A DNA stretch of 32,000 nucleotides from Promethearchaeum syntrophicum (GTDB lineage: Archaea > Asgardarchaeota > Lokiarchaeia > Sigyniarchaeales > Promethearchaeaceae), in assembly GCF_008000775.2 (NCBI RefSeq), contig NZ_CP042905.2, positions 1,020,001-1,052,000 of the forward strand, read 5' to 3'. Below are positions 17,265 to 25,138 of this stretch, piece after piece (the first letter of the stretch is position 1; every line of letters begins with the position of its first letter). Position numbers and translations under genes: made by a program. The notes under the pieces are model-generated. The model was not told the DNA's origin, did not search any database, and saw nothing but the letters and a program-made list of their open reading frames with translations.

Positions 17265-18767
17265 TTATAATCCAATTGATCTTTTCAAAAATTTTCCTTT
17301 TGCTTCATGAAATCCTAATTTTGAATCATAAACTTCTATTCCCGAAAGAAAAACTTTTATAATTTTCGATTTTAGTTCAAAATTTTCCCATGGAGTCCAT
17401 TTTTGCATGCCTTGGGCATTTTCCCCTTTAATTAAATAAGGTTTCACTTTATTGATCACAACTAAATCGGCATCAAAACCTTCCTTTATCCGACCTTTAT
17501 TCGAGATATTGAAAATTTTTGCTGGTTGAGTTGATAAATAAGAAATTACTTGTTCTAATTTCAATTTATTATTAAAAAATTGAGTAAGAATAATCTGAGC
17601 TGCAAAATCAAGGTTCGGAAAACCTGATGGTGCTTCTCCAAATTTGCCACTTTTTTCTTCTAAAGAATGCGGGGCATGATCGCTACCTATAGTATCTATC
17701 AAATTTTTTTGGACATCTTTAAATAATTTTTGTTGATTTTTTTGATCTCTCAAAGGAACTAATACTTTAGCAAATGTTTCTGAAGGAAATTTCATATCAT
17801 AATTAAGTAACATATGATGAGGAGAGATTTCAATAGAACATGAATATCCTTCCTGTCTTAAAGCAGTATTAATTATCGTTATCGCATCTGAATTTGAAAC
17901 ATGCACAAAATGAACATGGGGGGCGTTTTTTGGATTAGGATAAAATTTTCTCAGAAAAATTGTAATCATTTCAATATTCGCAATTTCATTTTGATAAATA
18001 GGGTGAGATACGTGATGAGCATACAAATATGGATTTAATTTTCCTTCTAACGAGGCTATTTTTTTACCTTGTTCATAAAAGAATTCTAAGACTTGAGGTG
18101 CTCTTGGAAATTCCGGATGAAATAAGATTGGTAATTTTAATTTTACTGCAAATTCAAATAATTTTTCCCAATGTGTGTATTCATTTTGAAAATTATTAAG
18201 GACTTTTTCTATAAACCCGAAAAATTCTTCAGGTTCTAAATCATTTTTCCACCCATCAATCCATTTCAAAGGTAGTTCTTGAGATTTATCGCCAGGGTAT
18301 ATTTTAATGCCAAAGACTCCTTCTTTAGAGATTTTTTCTAAATGATCAATATTAAATCCCTCTTTAACACCTGTAAAAACTCCAACATTACAATATAAAC
18401 TTCTTTTCTGATCAAAATATTTTTTGATATTTTCTACAGTTGATAATGGAGGAATTGTATTGGGCATGGTTAGAACAGTTGTAAATCCTCCTGAAATTGC
18501 AGCTTTTGATCCTGTTTCAAGAGTTTCTTTATAAGATTGCTTCAAATCTCGCAAATGAACATGAGTGTCAATAAAACCTGGAAGTACATATGCTTCATTA
18601 CAATCAAAATGATCTTTAATCTCATTAAAAAGTGCTTTTGGTGGAGATCCTTCCCCAATTTTCGAAATTATACCCTTTTTTATTAAAATATATCCAAATT
18701 GAACATGTCCATTTGTAAAAATATTTGCATTAAAAATTAATCTGGAATCGATATATGTTTCACTCAT
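17265..18767 (-). CDS. Cyclic amidohydrolase, dihydroorotase-like
   Basis: LPGFIDTHVHLRD (HxH), FGIKIYPG (candidate carboxylated Lys), HFVHVS and GSDHAPH motifs follow the order seen in dihydroorotase/allantoinase-type enzymes. At 500 aa it is longer than typical PyrC, so the specific substrate is uncertain. Confidence 0.6.
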   Translation of the reverse strand: MSETYIDSRLIFNANIFTNGHVQFGYILIKKGIISKIGEGSPPKALFNEIKDHFDCNEAYVLPGFIDTHVHLRDLKQSYKETLETGSKAAISGGFTTVLTMPNTIPPLSTVENIKKYFDQKRSLYCNVGVFTGVKEGFNIDHLEKISKEGVFGIKIYPGDKSQELPLKWIDGWKNDLEPEEFFGFIEKVLNNFQNEYTHWEKLFEFAVKLKLPILFHPEFPRAPQVLEFFYEQGKKIASLEGKLNPYLYAHHVSHPIYQNEIANIEMITIFLRKFYPNPKNAPHVHFVHVSNSDAITIINTALRQEGYSCSIEISPHHMLLNYDMKFPSETFAKVLVPLRDQKNQQKLFKDVQKNLIDTIGSDHAPHSLEEKSGKFGEAPSGFPNLDFAAQIILTQFFNNKLKLEQVISYLSTQPAKIFNISNKGRIKEGFDADLVVINKVKPYLIKGENAQGMQKWTPWENFELKSKIIKVFLSGIEVYDSKLGFHEAKGKFLKRSIGL

Positions 18768-18801
18768 TTTCTTTCTGTCTTATTTCTTAAGTTTCCAAGT
18801 T

Positions 18802-20241
18802 CTACCAAGGATGTTTTTTCCGCTTCTTCTTTCCTTGCATCATCTTTTGCTGCATTTCTGCCATTTCTTGCATATCAGGCATTTGGCCACCGTCTAATCC
18901 TGGAATACCACCCGCACCTGGTTGTCCTTTTTTACCACGGCGTTTCTTCCCTAAAATTCCCTTCATAAATACTTTCATTTGAGAATATTGTTTTAACATC
19001 TGTTTTATTTCCGTGTATGTTGTGCCGCTTCCCCTTGCAATTCTTGTAATTCGAGTTTTTCTTATAACATCTGGATTATCTTTCTCGAATTTAGTCATCG
19101 ATCCCAATACATAATCCCATTTATCTAAGTTAGCTTCGGCTAATACCTTAGCTTGTTCAGGGATATTCTGCCCTCCCATCATAGCTAATATTTTTGAAAA
19201 TCCGCCCATTTTATCAAGCGATTTAAGCTGAAGATGCATATCATCAAGCGTAAATTTACCTTTCATCATTCTCTTCATTTGGTCTTCGTCGGGTTCAAGT
19301 TCAAGCTCTTTTACTTTCTCGATTAATCCTTCGATATCAGGGATCCCCAACAATGTTCCGATAAATTTTGAAGCATGAAACTCTTCCAAATCATCAACTT
19401 TTTCTCCAACACCAATAAATTTGATAGGTGCTCCTGATGCGGCTGCTGCTGAAAGTGCTCCTCCCCCTTTTGCTGACCCATCCAATTTGGTTATAATAAT
19501 TGAACCAACATGTGTAGTCTGTGCAAAAGCAAGAGCTTGAGCATAAGCTTGTTGACCTAGTGTTCCATCAATTACCAAAATAGTCTCATTTGGTTTGATT
19601 ATATTTTCCAGTTTCTGCATCTCTTGCATTAATGCAGTTTCTTGCTTATGTCGACCTGCAGTATCCACAATGATAAGATCTTTTTGGTCTTTACCAGTTT
19701 TTATAAAATGTCTTAATCCTTTTTTAGCGATTTTTATGGCATTTTTCTCTTCAGGCATTCCAAAATGGCTCACTTTGATTGAATCACAGGTCTGGGCCAG
19801 CTGGTCGTATGCACCGGGTCGCCACGTGTCCGTACAGATAACTCCTATCTTGAAACCTTTTTTCTTATAAAAATTTGCGAGTTTTCCTATACTAGTTGTT
19901 TTTCCTGAACCTTGGATTCCAACTAAAAGAATTATTGATTGTTTGCCGGTTTTTATCCGTTTAGGAGCGTTATCTCCCCCAAGAATGTTTATTAACTCAT
20001 CATGCACAATTTTAATTATAAATTCTTTTCGTTCGATTTTTTTATTTATCTTTTGATCCATAGATCTCTTCTTTATATTTTCAGTCAATTGTAGACATAG
20101 CTCAACGTTCACATCGGCCATCAACAATGCCCTTTGTAACTCTAGTAGGATTCCGTTAATAGCATCTTTATCAATTTCGGGTAAGCGGCGTATTTTACGA
20201 ATGAGTGAATCAAGAGATTTTCCAAGATCGTTTAAAACCAT
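18802..20241 (-). CDS. srp54: Signal recognition particle protein SRP54
   Basis: It has an N domain, a G domain with [15 protein letters not shown] and TKLDG motifs, and a Met-rich M domain ([20 protein letters not shown]). Confidence 0.95.
   Translation of the reverse strand: MVLNDLGKSLDSLIRKIRRLPEIDKDAINGILLELQRALLMADVNVELCLQLTENIKKRSMDQKINKKIERKEFIIKIVHDELINILGGDNAPKRIKTGKQSIILLVGIQGSGKTTSIGKLANFYKKKGFKIGVICTDTWRPGAYDQLAQTCDSIKVSHFGMPEEKNAIKIAKKGLRHFIKTGKDQKDLIIVDTAGRHKQETALMQEMQKLENIIKPNETILVIDGTLGQQAYAQALAFAQTTHVGSIIITKLDGSAKGGGALSAAAASGAPIKFIGVGEKVDDLEEFHASKFIGTLLGIPDIEGLIEKVKELELEPDEDQMKRMMKGKFTLDDMHLQLKSLDKMGGFSKILAMMGGQNIPEQAKVLAEANLDKWDYVLGSMTKFEKDNPDVIRKTRITRIARGSGTTYTEIKQMLKQYSQMKVFMKGILGKKRRGKKGQPGAGGIPGLDGGQMPDMQEMAEMQQKMMQGKKKRKKHPW
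20122..20241 (-). repeat. Resident copy (srp54 codons 1-40) of a diverged 120-nt direct repeat; partner at 22045-22164
   Basis: By-eye alignment gives 41 nt identical (20201-20241 vs 22124-22164) and about 20 mismatches over the full 120 nt. Homology starts exactly at the start codon and ends after codon 40. Confidence 0.85.
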
Positions 20242-20423
20242 TTTTACATGTGCTCTTCCTATTTTTTATTTAAATATTTCATTATTTTATTTTTTATATA
20301 TATATAGAAATGGATGAGATTTGAAGTTTTAGAGGATTTGCCATGATATAAGGCAAGAAATTTTTCAATTTAAAATTTTTTTTACCATTAGAACTAAAAC
20401 ACATTTTTTACAACTCTCTACAA

Positions 20424-21815
20424 CTATTTAAAAATTGATTCTCCCGAAAGCAGATTGAATTTAAGTCGTTGGTTGATTTTTTGAATAACAACATTTTCAC
20501 TTGGAAAATTCGATTCGAGCGCATTTCGATCTTCGATATTTGCCTCCCAAATTATTCGCTCGAGTTCATCATCGCTGATTGAATTGGGATCTGAAATGTA
20601 TTGTTGAATAAGTTCAGTAGTTGTTTTTTTGTAATAATTCATTATTTGGTCAATAATCTCCATATTATAGAATTGTCCAGTTTCCATTTCCCCAGTGTCT
20701 TCATCGATCCTTTCATAGGGTGTTAGGAATCTATTTATGAATTCATCAAATCGGGGTCCTAAGTCGAATCCTTTGTATTTTTTATATTGAAACATTAAGC
20801 AGAAGGTAAAATCATGGTTTAAATAGCATAAAGAACGAAGTGGGTTATTTTGGATCTCAATTCTGGTATTAATTTTAAGTTTTGAGGGAAAATACTTTAA
20901 GGATGTTAGATTGTTACCCATCAGATTTAATTTTTTAAGGTTTGGCAGTTCACGGGGTAAACCTTCTAAAGAAACCAATAAGTTTACTCCAAGAGCCATA
21001 TCTTCAAGAAGAGGAAGATATTTGGGAAAACCTCGTAGATTGCGAAGAGGGCAGCCTGTTACAGCGAATTTTTTTAATTTCGGCAATGATGAAGGAATTA
21101 ACTCTAAAGTCTGAATGAGGCAATTATGAATACCGAATCTTTCTAAAGAAGGTAATTTATTTGGAATCCCTCTTAGGGAATTAAGAGAACCTTTAAAAGA
21201 TGGAGGATATGAAGCGTTAATAATAAAAGTTTTTAACGAGGGGAGTTTCGCTGGTAGATCACTGATATCTGCTATTTGAGAATTACTAATGAATAAATTC
21301 TCAAGGTTTGGCAATAATTTCGGTAATCCTTTTAAATTTGATAGCGGAGCTCCTTTTTTAGTCGCTTTTTCATATTCTAGAGAGTCTTTTATGTAGTATA
21401 AATATGAAAATCCGTTAATAGATAGTTTCTTCAGATTTGGCAATTCTTTAGGTAATCCTTCTAATGATTTGATTTCATGGGAAATTATGCCCAAAATGGA
21501 AAGATTTGGTAAGTCTTGTGGTATTCCCTTAAGTGAATCAACAGAATAAGGGGGAAAATCAAACAAATTAATAATAACGAAATTAGGAAATTTTTCCTTA
21601 AATTCCTCTTTAGAAGTAAGACCTTTTCCAAACCTATATGGTTCGGGCTGAGAAAAAAGTTTATAAATTGCATCTTTTTTTTTTTTCATACAATAATGGA
21701 GAAAGATACCTGTTGTTGATTCATTAATTTCATCCCAAATATGGTTTAAATCTTTCTTTCGATAAACATTATTAATTTTATCCTTCTTGGATTCGATTGT
21801 CTTCAATTTAATCAT
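20424..21815 (-). CDS. Leucine-rich repeat protein with a unique N-terminal region and a shared 67-aa C-terminal module
   Basis: About 10 tandem LRR units of ~22-24 aa have the signature L.G(L/I)P..LPNL(K/E).L.I (e.g. SLEGLPKELPNLKKLSI, NLKGLPKLLPNLENLFI, SLEGLPRELPNLKKLNL). The C-terminus aligns to that of the 10919-11572 product. Confidence 0.8.
   Translation of the reverse strand: MIKLKTIESKKDKINNVYRKKDLNHIWDEINESTTGIFLHYCMKKKKDAIYKLFSQPEPYRFGKGLTSKEEFKEKFPNFVIINLFDFPPYSVDSLKGIPQDLPNLSILGIISHEIKSLEGLPKELPNLKKLSINGFSYLYYIKDSLEYEKATKKGAPLSNLKGLPKLLPNLENLFISNSQIADISDLPAKLPSLKTFIINASYPPSFKGSLNSLRGIPNKLPSLERFGIHNCLIQTLELIPSSLPKLKKFAVTGCPLRNLRGFPKYLPLLEDMALGVNLLVSLEGLPRELPNLKKLNLMGNNLTSLKYFPSKLKINTRIEIQNNPLRSLCYLNHDFTFCLMFQYKKYKGFDLGPRFDEFINRFLTPYERIDEDTGEMETGQFYNMEIIDQIMNYYKKTTTELIQQYISDPNSISDDELERIIWEANIEDRNALESNFPSENVVIQKINQRLKFNLLSGESIFK
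20811..21533 (-). repeat. Internal LRR-encoding tandem repeats
   Basis: Recurrent DNA units appear on the + strand, such as aggtttggcaataatttcggtaatcc, agatttggcaattctttaggtaatcc and aaggtttggcagttcacggggtaaacc. Coordinates are approximate, derived from aa ~95-335. Confidence 0.6.
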
Positions 21816-22044
21816 CGATTTTTCCTTTCTATTATAATTTTCGGGTTATTATTTTTAAATATTGACAGAGGTACTTTTTATTGATTAATACGATGGAATT
21901 CATAAAAAAAAGGGAAAAAATATTACCATGCGCATTAATAATTGGGAAACTCGTTCAAATATTCCTCGATATGGGTTTCTAAATCGAATCCAGCTGGAAG
22001 TCCCAACTGAGCATATATTGATACGGATTGCATGGAGGGAGGAT

Positions 22045-22164
22045 CAAAAGCGCTCTTTGTAATTCTTGTAAAACCGCGCTAATAGAATCTTTATCAATTT
22101 CGGGCAATCTTCGTATTTTACGGATGAGTGAATCAAGAGATTTTCCAAGATCGTTTAAAACCAT
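22045..22164 (-). pseudogene. Orphan 5' fragment of an srp54 allele (codons 1-40 only)
   Basis: The track ORF 21979-22164 begins [40 protein letters not shown]. Real SRP54 begins [40 protein letters not shown]. After codon 40 it reads unrelated sequence and stops at codon 61. Confidence 0.85.
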
Positions 22165-22213
22165 ATTCTCAATAATTCCAATTCAACGACATTCAAAAAT
22201 TTTATTTAAAATC

Positions 22214-22987
22214 TTATTCTTCCAAATTATCTGTTCTTGATGAATAAAATCCCAGAAAGAAAAAACTGATAACTAAGGTAAATAAAATCCATGAAATCAG
22301 ATTGTAGACTGTCCTCCCTTCTACTGTTTGGAGATCTATCACCATAAATATTAACATTATCAACATAAAAACACAACCTAAAGCTAAAGCATAGGCTCTC
22401 CGAACAAAATTGATTATTTTTGTATCCGAATATTCAATTGAACCTATTTTTTTTAATTTTTTTGCTGTTAAAATCATGTTGAAAAATAAATATATGTAAG
22501 ATACAAAATGCAAAATATATAAAATGAAAACTCCAATATAGCCAAAATATTTTGATTCTACTTCTACTATTTCTTCATTTACTGCAAAAATTATATATGA
22601 TAAAATAAGGGACCCAATGAAGCCAAGAAATACATAGATTGCAACAAATGTTTTGAATCTCTTTGACTTTACATAATCTTCAGAGGAAAAAAGTTCTAAA
22701 CTAAAATAAAATAATGCAATATTCCCTAAAATAGAAAAAAATAACTCTGCTCCAACGAAAACATTATTTGCTTGAGGAAACACTTGATTCAAAATTGCTA
22801 ATCCTGGAAAGAAAAAATAACACAAGAAATAATATGAGATATATTTTGAAGATAATTTCTTCTCTTTTTGGTAATAAATATAAGCAATAACAACATAAAT
22901 TATTGAGAGAGCTGCTCCTAAAATTTTTAGAATATATCTTGAAATCTCAAAAATTTCTGGACTTAATTGCATTTCCATGAATTTCAC
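22214..22987 (-). CDS. Seven-TM integral membrane protein, function unknown
   Basis: About seven hydrophobic segments of 20-27 aa, rich in aromatic residues, are separated by short loops. No soluble domain is recognisable. Confidence 0.6.
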   Translation of the reverse strand: MKFMEMQLSPEIFEISRYILKILGAALSIIYVVIAYIYYQKEKKLSSKYISYYFLCYFFFPGLAILNQVFPQANNVFVGAELFFSILGNIALFYFSLELFSSEDYVKSKRFKTFVAIYVFLGFIGSLILSYIIFAVNEEIVEVESKYFGYIGVFILYILHFVSYIYLFFNMILTAKKLKKIGSIEYSDTKIINFVRRAYALALGCVFMLIMLIFMVIDLQTVEGRTVYNLISWILFTLVISFFFLGFYSSRTDNLEE

Positions 22988-23058
22988 TTTTCATTTTTTT
23001 ATATGATTATTACTCATTTTTTATTTGGTGCTACTCATTATTAAGTACTTAATCTTAT

Positions 23059-23502
23059 TTATAATATCGATTTATATTCTTGGGCTTGGAGAAATGATTT
23101 GATTTTTTGTTCTAATTGATGCTCCTGAGTTGCTAGTAGATAATTTTTAGTCCAAATTCCCGAAGTACCACTTTTAATGGGGGATAAATGTTGTAAAAAT
23201 CTTCTTGAACTAACCGATTTTAGATTACTGATAAATTTCGTTAATTTCATCAAATCCTTTTTAGTTTTTTTTTCCCCATAAACTGATAAATCTGTTTGCG
23301 ATTTCGCTTCAAATATAATTTCAATGTGTTTTTTTTCTAAATAAACGGAGATCAATTTAACATCATCATCATTCTTCTCAAGATTAAAATAATTTGTAAT
23401 AATATCTTCCATTTTATCTTTTAATTCTTTAGTTGTAAATAAGGATTTATCTCCTTTTGTGCAAAATATACATTCATACCTAAGAAACTCAATTAATTTC
23501 AT
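23059..23502 (-). CDS. Divergent IS200/IS605 TnpA-like (Y1/HUH-fold) protein, paralog 2; HUH replaced by H-I-E
   Basis: It is a paralog of the upstream gene (shared VKLISVY...H.EI.F.A block). LRYECIFCTKGDKSLF parallels YHIVWCPKYRRKVL. KKHIEIIF sits at the DHIHIL position. LKSVSSRRFLQHL parallels KGRSSRILRQEF. IWTKNYLLAT parallels LWTNSCFIST. KSFLQAQ parallels QYIENQ, with Phe at the catalytic Tyr position. Comparison was made by eye against remembered IS608 TnpA. Confidence 0.45.
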   Translation of the reverse strand: MKLIEFLRYECIFCTKGDKSLFTTKELKDKMEDIITNYFNLEKNDDDVKLISVYLEKKHIEIIFEAKSQTDLSVYGEKKTKKDLMKLTKFISNLKSVSSRRFLQHLSPIKSGTSGIWTKNYLLATQEHQLEQKIKSFLQAQEYKSIL

Positions 23503-23525
23503 AATTTAAATTCCTACTTGTCTAT

Positions 23526-24017
23526 TTAAAATTTCTCAATCGTGCTGATTGTTTTTTGAAGATTTAGATACGCTTCTAACTGTTGTTTTACTATTTGTCT
23601 TCGAGAACTTAAGAATATATTCTCATTCCAAAGACTATCCCCCAAAAGAAGAAGAATTTCCTTCAGCTTTGGAACATCTTTTTTTGCTTCCTCTAAAATA
23701 TACTCTGCTGAATGATTATACAAATCTTTTATAAATTGTTTTAAGTTGAAGACTGGTAGAGCTTGAAAATTGATTTCTACATGATCATTGTGTACATATA
23801 CTGAAATTAACTTTACATTCTTCTTTTTTTCATTTTTTTCATAAAAAAAATCATAGATCCCTGCCTGAATAATCTCTTTCATTTGTTCATTAATTAAAAT
23901 TTCCTTAAATTTACGAATAGTGAAAACAAGGATATACCTTAACAACGTAATGGATCTATTATTTCTATCCATTATTTCTATTTTCAAATAATTTTTCAAT
24001 TCAGATCTATAGTACAT
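23526..24017 (-). CDS. Divergent IS200/IS605 TnpA-like (Y1/HUH-fold) protein, paralog 1; HUH replaced by H-V-E
   Basis: It is collinear and nearly ungapped against IS608 TnpA. RYILVFTIRKFKEIL parallels YHIVWCPKYRRKVL. VKLISVYVHNDHVEINFQALPVFNLKQFIKDLYNHSAEYIL parallels VEIIEMQTDKDHIHILADIDPSFGVMKFIKTAKGRSSRIL. LWNENIFLSS parallels LWTNSCFIST. EAYLNLQ parallels KQYIENQ, with Tyr retained. An internal ATG at codon 16 is an alternative start. Confidence 0.55.
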   Translation of the reverse strand: MYYRSELKNYLKIEIMDRNNRSITLLRYILVFTIRKFKEILINEQMKEIIQAGIYDFFYEKNEKKKNVKLISVYVHNDHVEINFQALPVFNLKQFIKDLYNHSAEYILEEAKKDVPKLKEILLLLGDSLWNENIFLSSRRQIVKQQLEAYLNLQKTISTIEKF

Positions 24018-24309
24018 TTCGCAATTCTGCTATAAAAAAATTACCAAAATAAATTGCATTACTGCAGCGAAAAATACGGAGGTCATTTTAAATTTTTTTA
24101 AATGTAGTGTATAATATTAATTAAAAACGCTATAAAATAAAGATGGAGAAAATGAGGGACTAAAAAAATGGAGCTTTCACCATAGCTTTAAATATTTTAT
24201 ACACGAAGAAAATATTAAGAGAGGAAAAAAAAAGACAATTTTATTTTTTCTCAAGAAAATCCCAAAAGGCAAAATTTTATCCCCTACATCCAAAAAGACA
24301 AAATAATTC

Positions 24310-25014
24310 CTATAAAACCTTTTTATCTATCAAGTTCGGAAATTTTAGAGGGATTTCCGAAATATCATTAATAATGTAATCCGCTTTTACTTTTTGAAAG
24401 AGTTCAAAGGTTCCCGCTCCACTTAGAACTCCAACCGTAATAATCCCCGCTTTTTTTCCTGCTAAAATATCTTTGGGAGAATCTCCAAAAATCATAATAT
24501 TTTGTGGTGAAAAACCCCATTTGTGTAATAATTTCATTACTCCTTCTGGATGGGGTTTCTTATGTTTTACATCATCTTTTGAAATTATATTCCCTTCAAA
24601 ATAATTCAAGATGTCTTCCCTGCCATCAAAAATTGATTTTATCTCATTGCGACTTGCATTCGTAAACATACCGATTTTAACATTATTTATCTTTAAAAAT
24701 TCTAAAGTCTCTTGAGTTCCATCTATTAATGGACATTTCTGAACAAATTCATATAGCACATTTCTCGCTTGGAACATCATTTTTATCCGTCTAAAAAAAT
24801 TAAGGTTCATTTTTTTTCCTAGAAACATCATAACTTCATACCTTTCGATAGCTGAGCCAGTTATAGAGAGAGGGATGCCAACCTTTTCTCGAAAAAGAGC
24901 ATCTAATTCATCAGTTAAAGGAAAATTATAATCCTCTGCTATTTTTCTATGAATATTTATAATGAATGGAACATCGTCTATAATCGTTCCGTCTAAATCG
25001 AATATAACGCCCAT
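24310..25014 (-). CDS. HAD-superfamily phosphatase (phosphoglycolate phosphatase/PGMB-like subfamily)
   Basis: Motif I follows directly after the ATG at 25012-25014 (MGVIFDLDGTIIDD). The remaining HAD motifs (TNAS; K..KP.PEG; GDSPKDILAGKKAG) follow in order. The track uses TTG 25053, adding 13 aa; the ATG start places DxDGT at the usual N-terminal position. Confidence 0.8.
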   Translation of the reverse strand: MGVIFDLDGTIIDDVPFIINIHRKIAEDYNFPLTDELDALFREKVGIPLSITGSAIERYEVMMFLGKKMNLNFFRRIKMMFQARNVLYEFVQKCPLIDGTQETLEFLKINNVKIGMFTNASRNEIKSIFDGREDILNYFEGNIISKDDVKHKKPHPEGVMKLLHKWGFSPQNIMIFGDSPKDILAGKKAGIITVGVLSGAGTFELFQKVKADYIINDISEIPLKFPNLIDKKVL

Positions 25015-25138
25015 TTCTTTTTTTATGTTACCCACTATACATTTAAATGACAAAATAGTATTAAAATGAATTGGTAGAGATATAGTGCTGACATGCTAAA
25101 TACCGAATTGGGCGTATGAAACTTAAGATTTGAATTTT
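24921..25138. repeat. Copy A of a ~220-bp diverged direct repeat (HAD codons 1-~32 plus ~124 nt upstream)
   Basis: It aligns by eye with 26861-27081. The distal 71 nt (25068-25138 vs 27011-27081) have 7 mismatches. The coding part is about three-quarters identical, with one in-frame 3-nt indel. Confidence 0.85.

Noticed and set aside
20295-20306. (TA)6 microsatellite upstream of srp54 as a notable repeat
   Set aside because: It is short and in a very AT-rich spacer. It is most simply a TATA-like promoter sequence, and I cannot position it relative to a TSS. A similar atatatatata occurs at about 25368-25378.
20338-20356. Hairpin ttgcc-n9-ggcaa downstream of the LRR gene as a terminator
   Set aside because: It has only a 5-bp stem with a 9-nt loop, which is expected by chance. 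Archaeal termination does not require hairpins.
21675-21686. Homopolymer tracts inside coding regions as phase-variation switches: T12 in the LRR gene, A10 at 9401-9410, T10 at 11179-11188, A11 at 4928-4938, A10 at 30340-30349
   Set aside because: Equally long A/T runs encoding poly-Lys occur in essential genes, including FEN1 and the NDP-sugar pyrophosphorylase. They therefore reflect genome-wide AT/Lys bias rather than locus-specific contingency switching.
21979-22164. 61-aa ORF as a genuine small gene
   Set aside because: Its first 40 codons duplicate the srp54 N-terminus and the remainder is unrelated read-through to the first stop. It is better explained as a pseudogene stub.
23040-23051. 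Perfect 12-bp palindrome ttaagtacttaa downstream of the TnpA-like gene as an IS end
   Set aside because: It is a single short AT-rich palindrome with no matching partner at the other end of the TnpA-like pair. This is insufficient to call IS200/IS605 subterminal hairpins.
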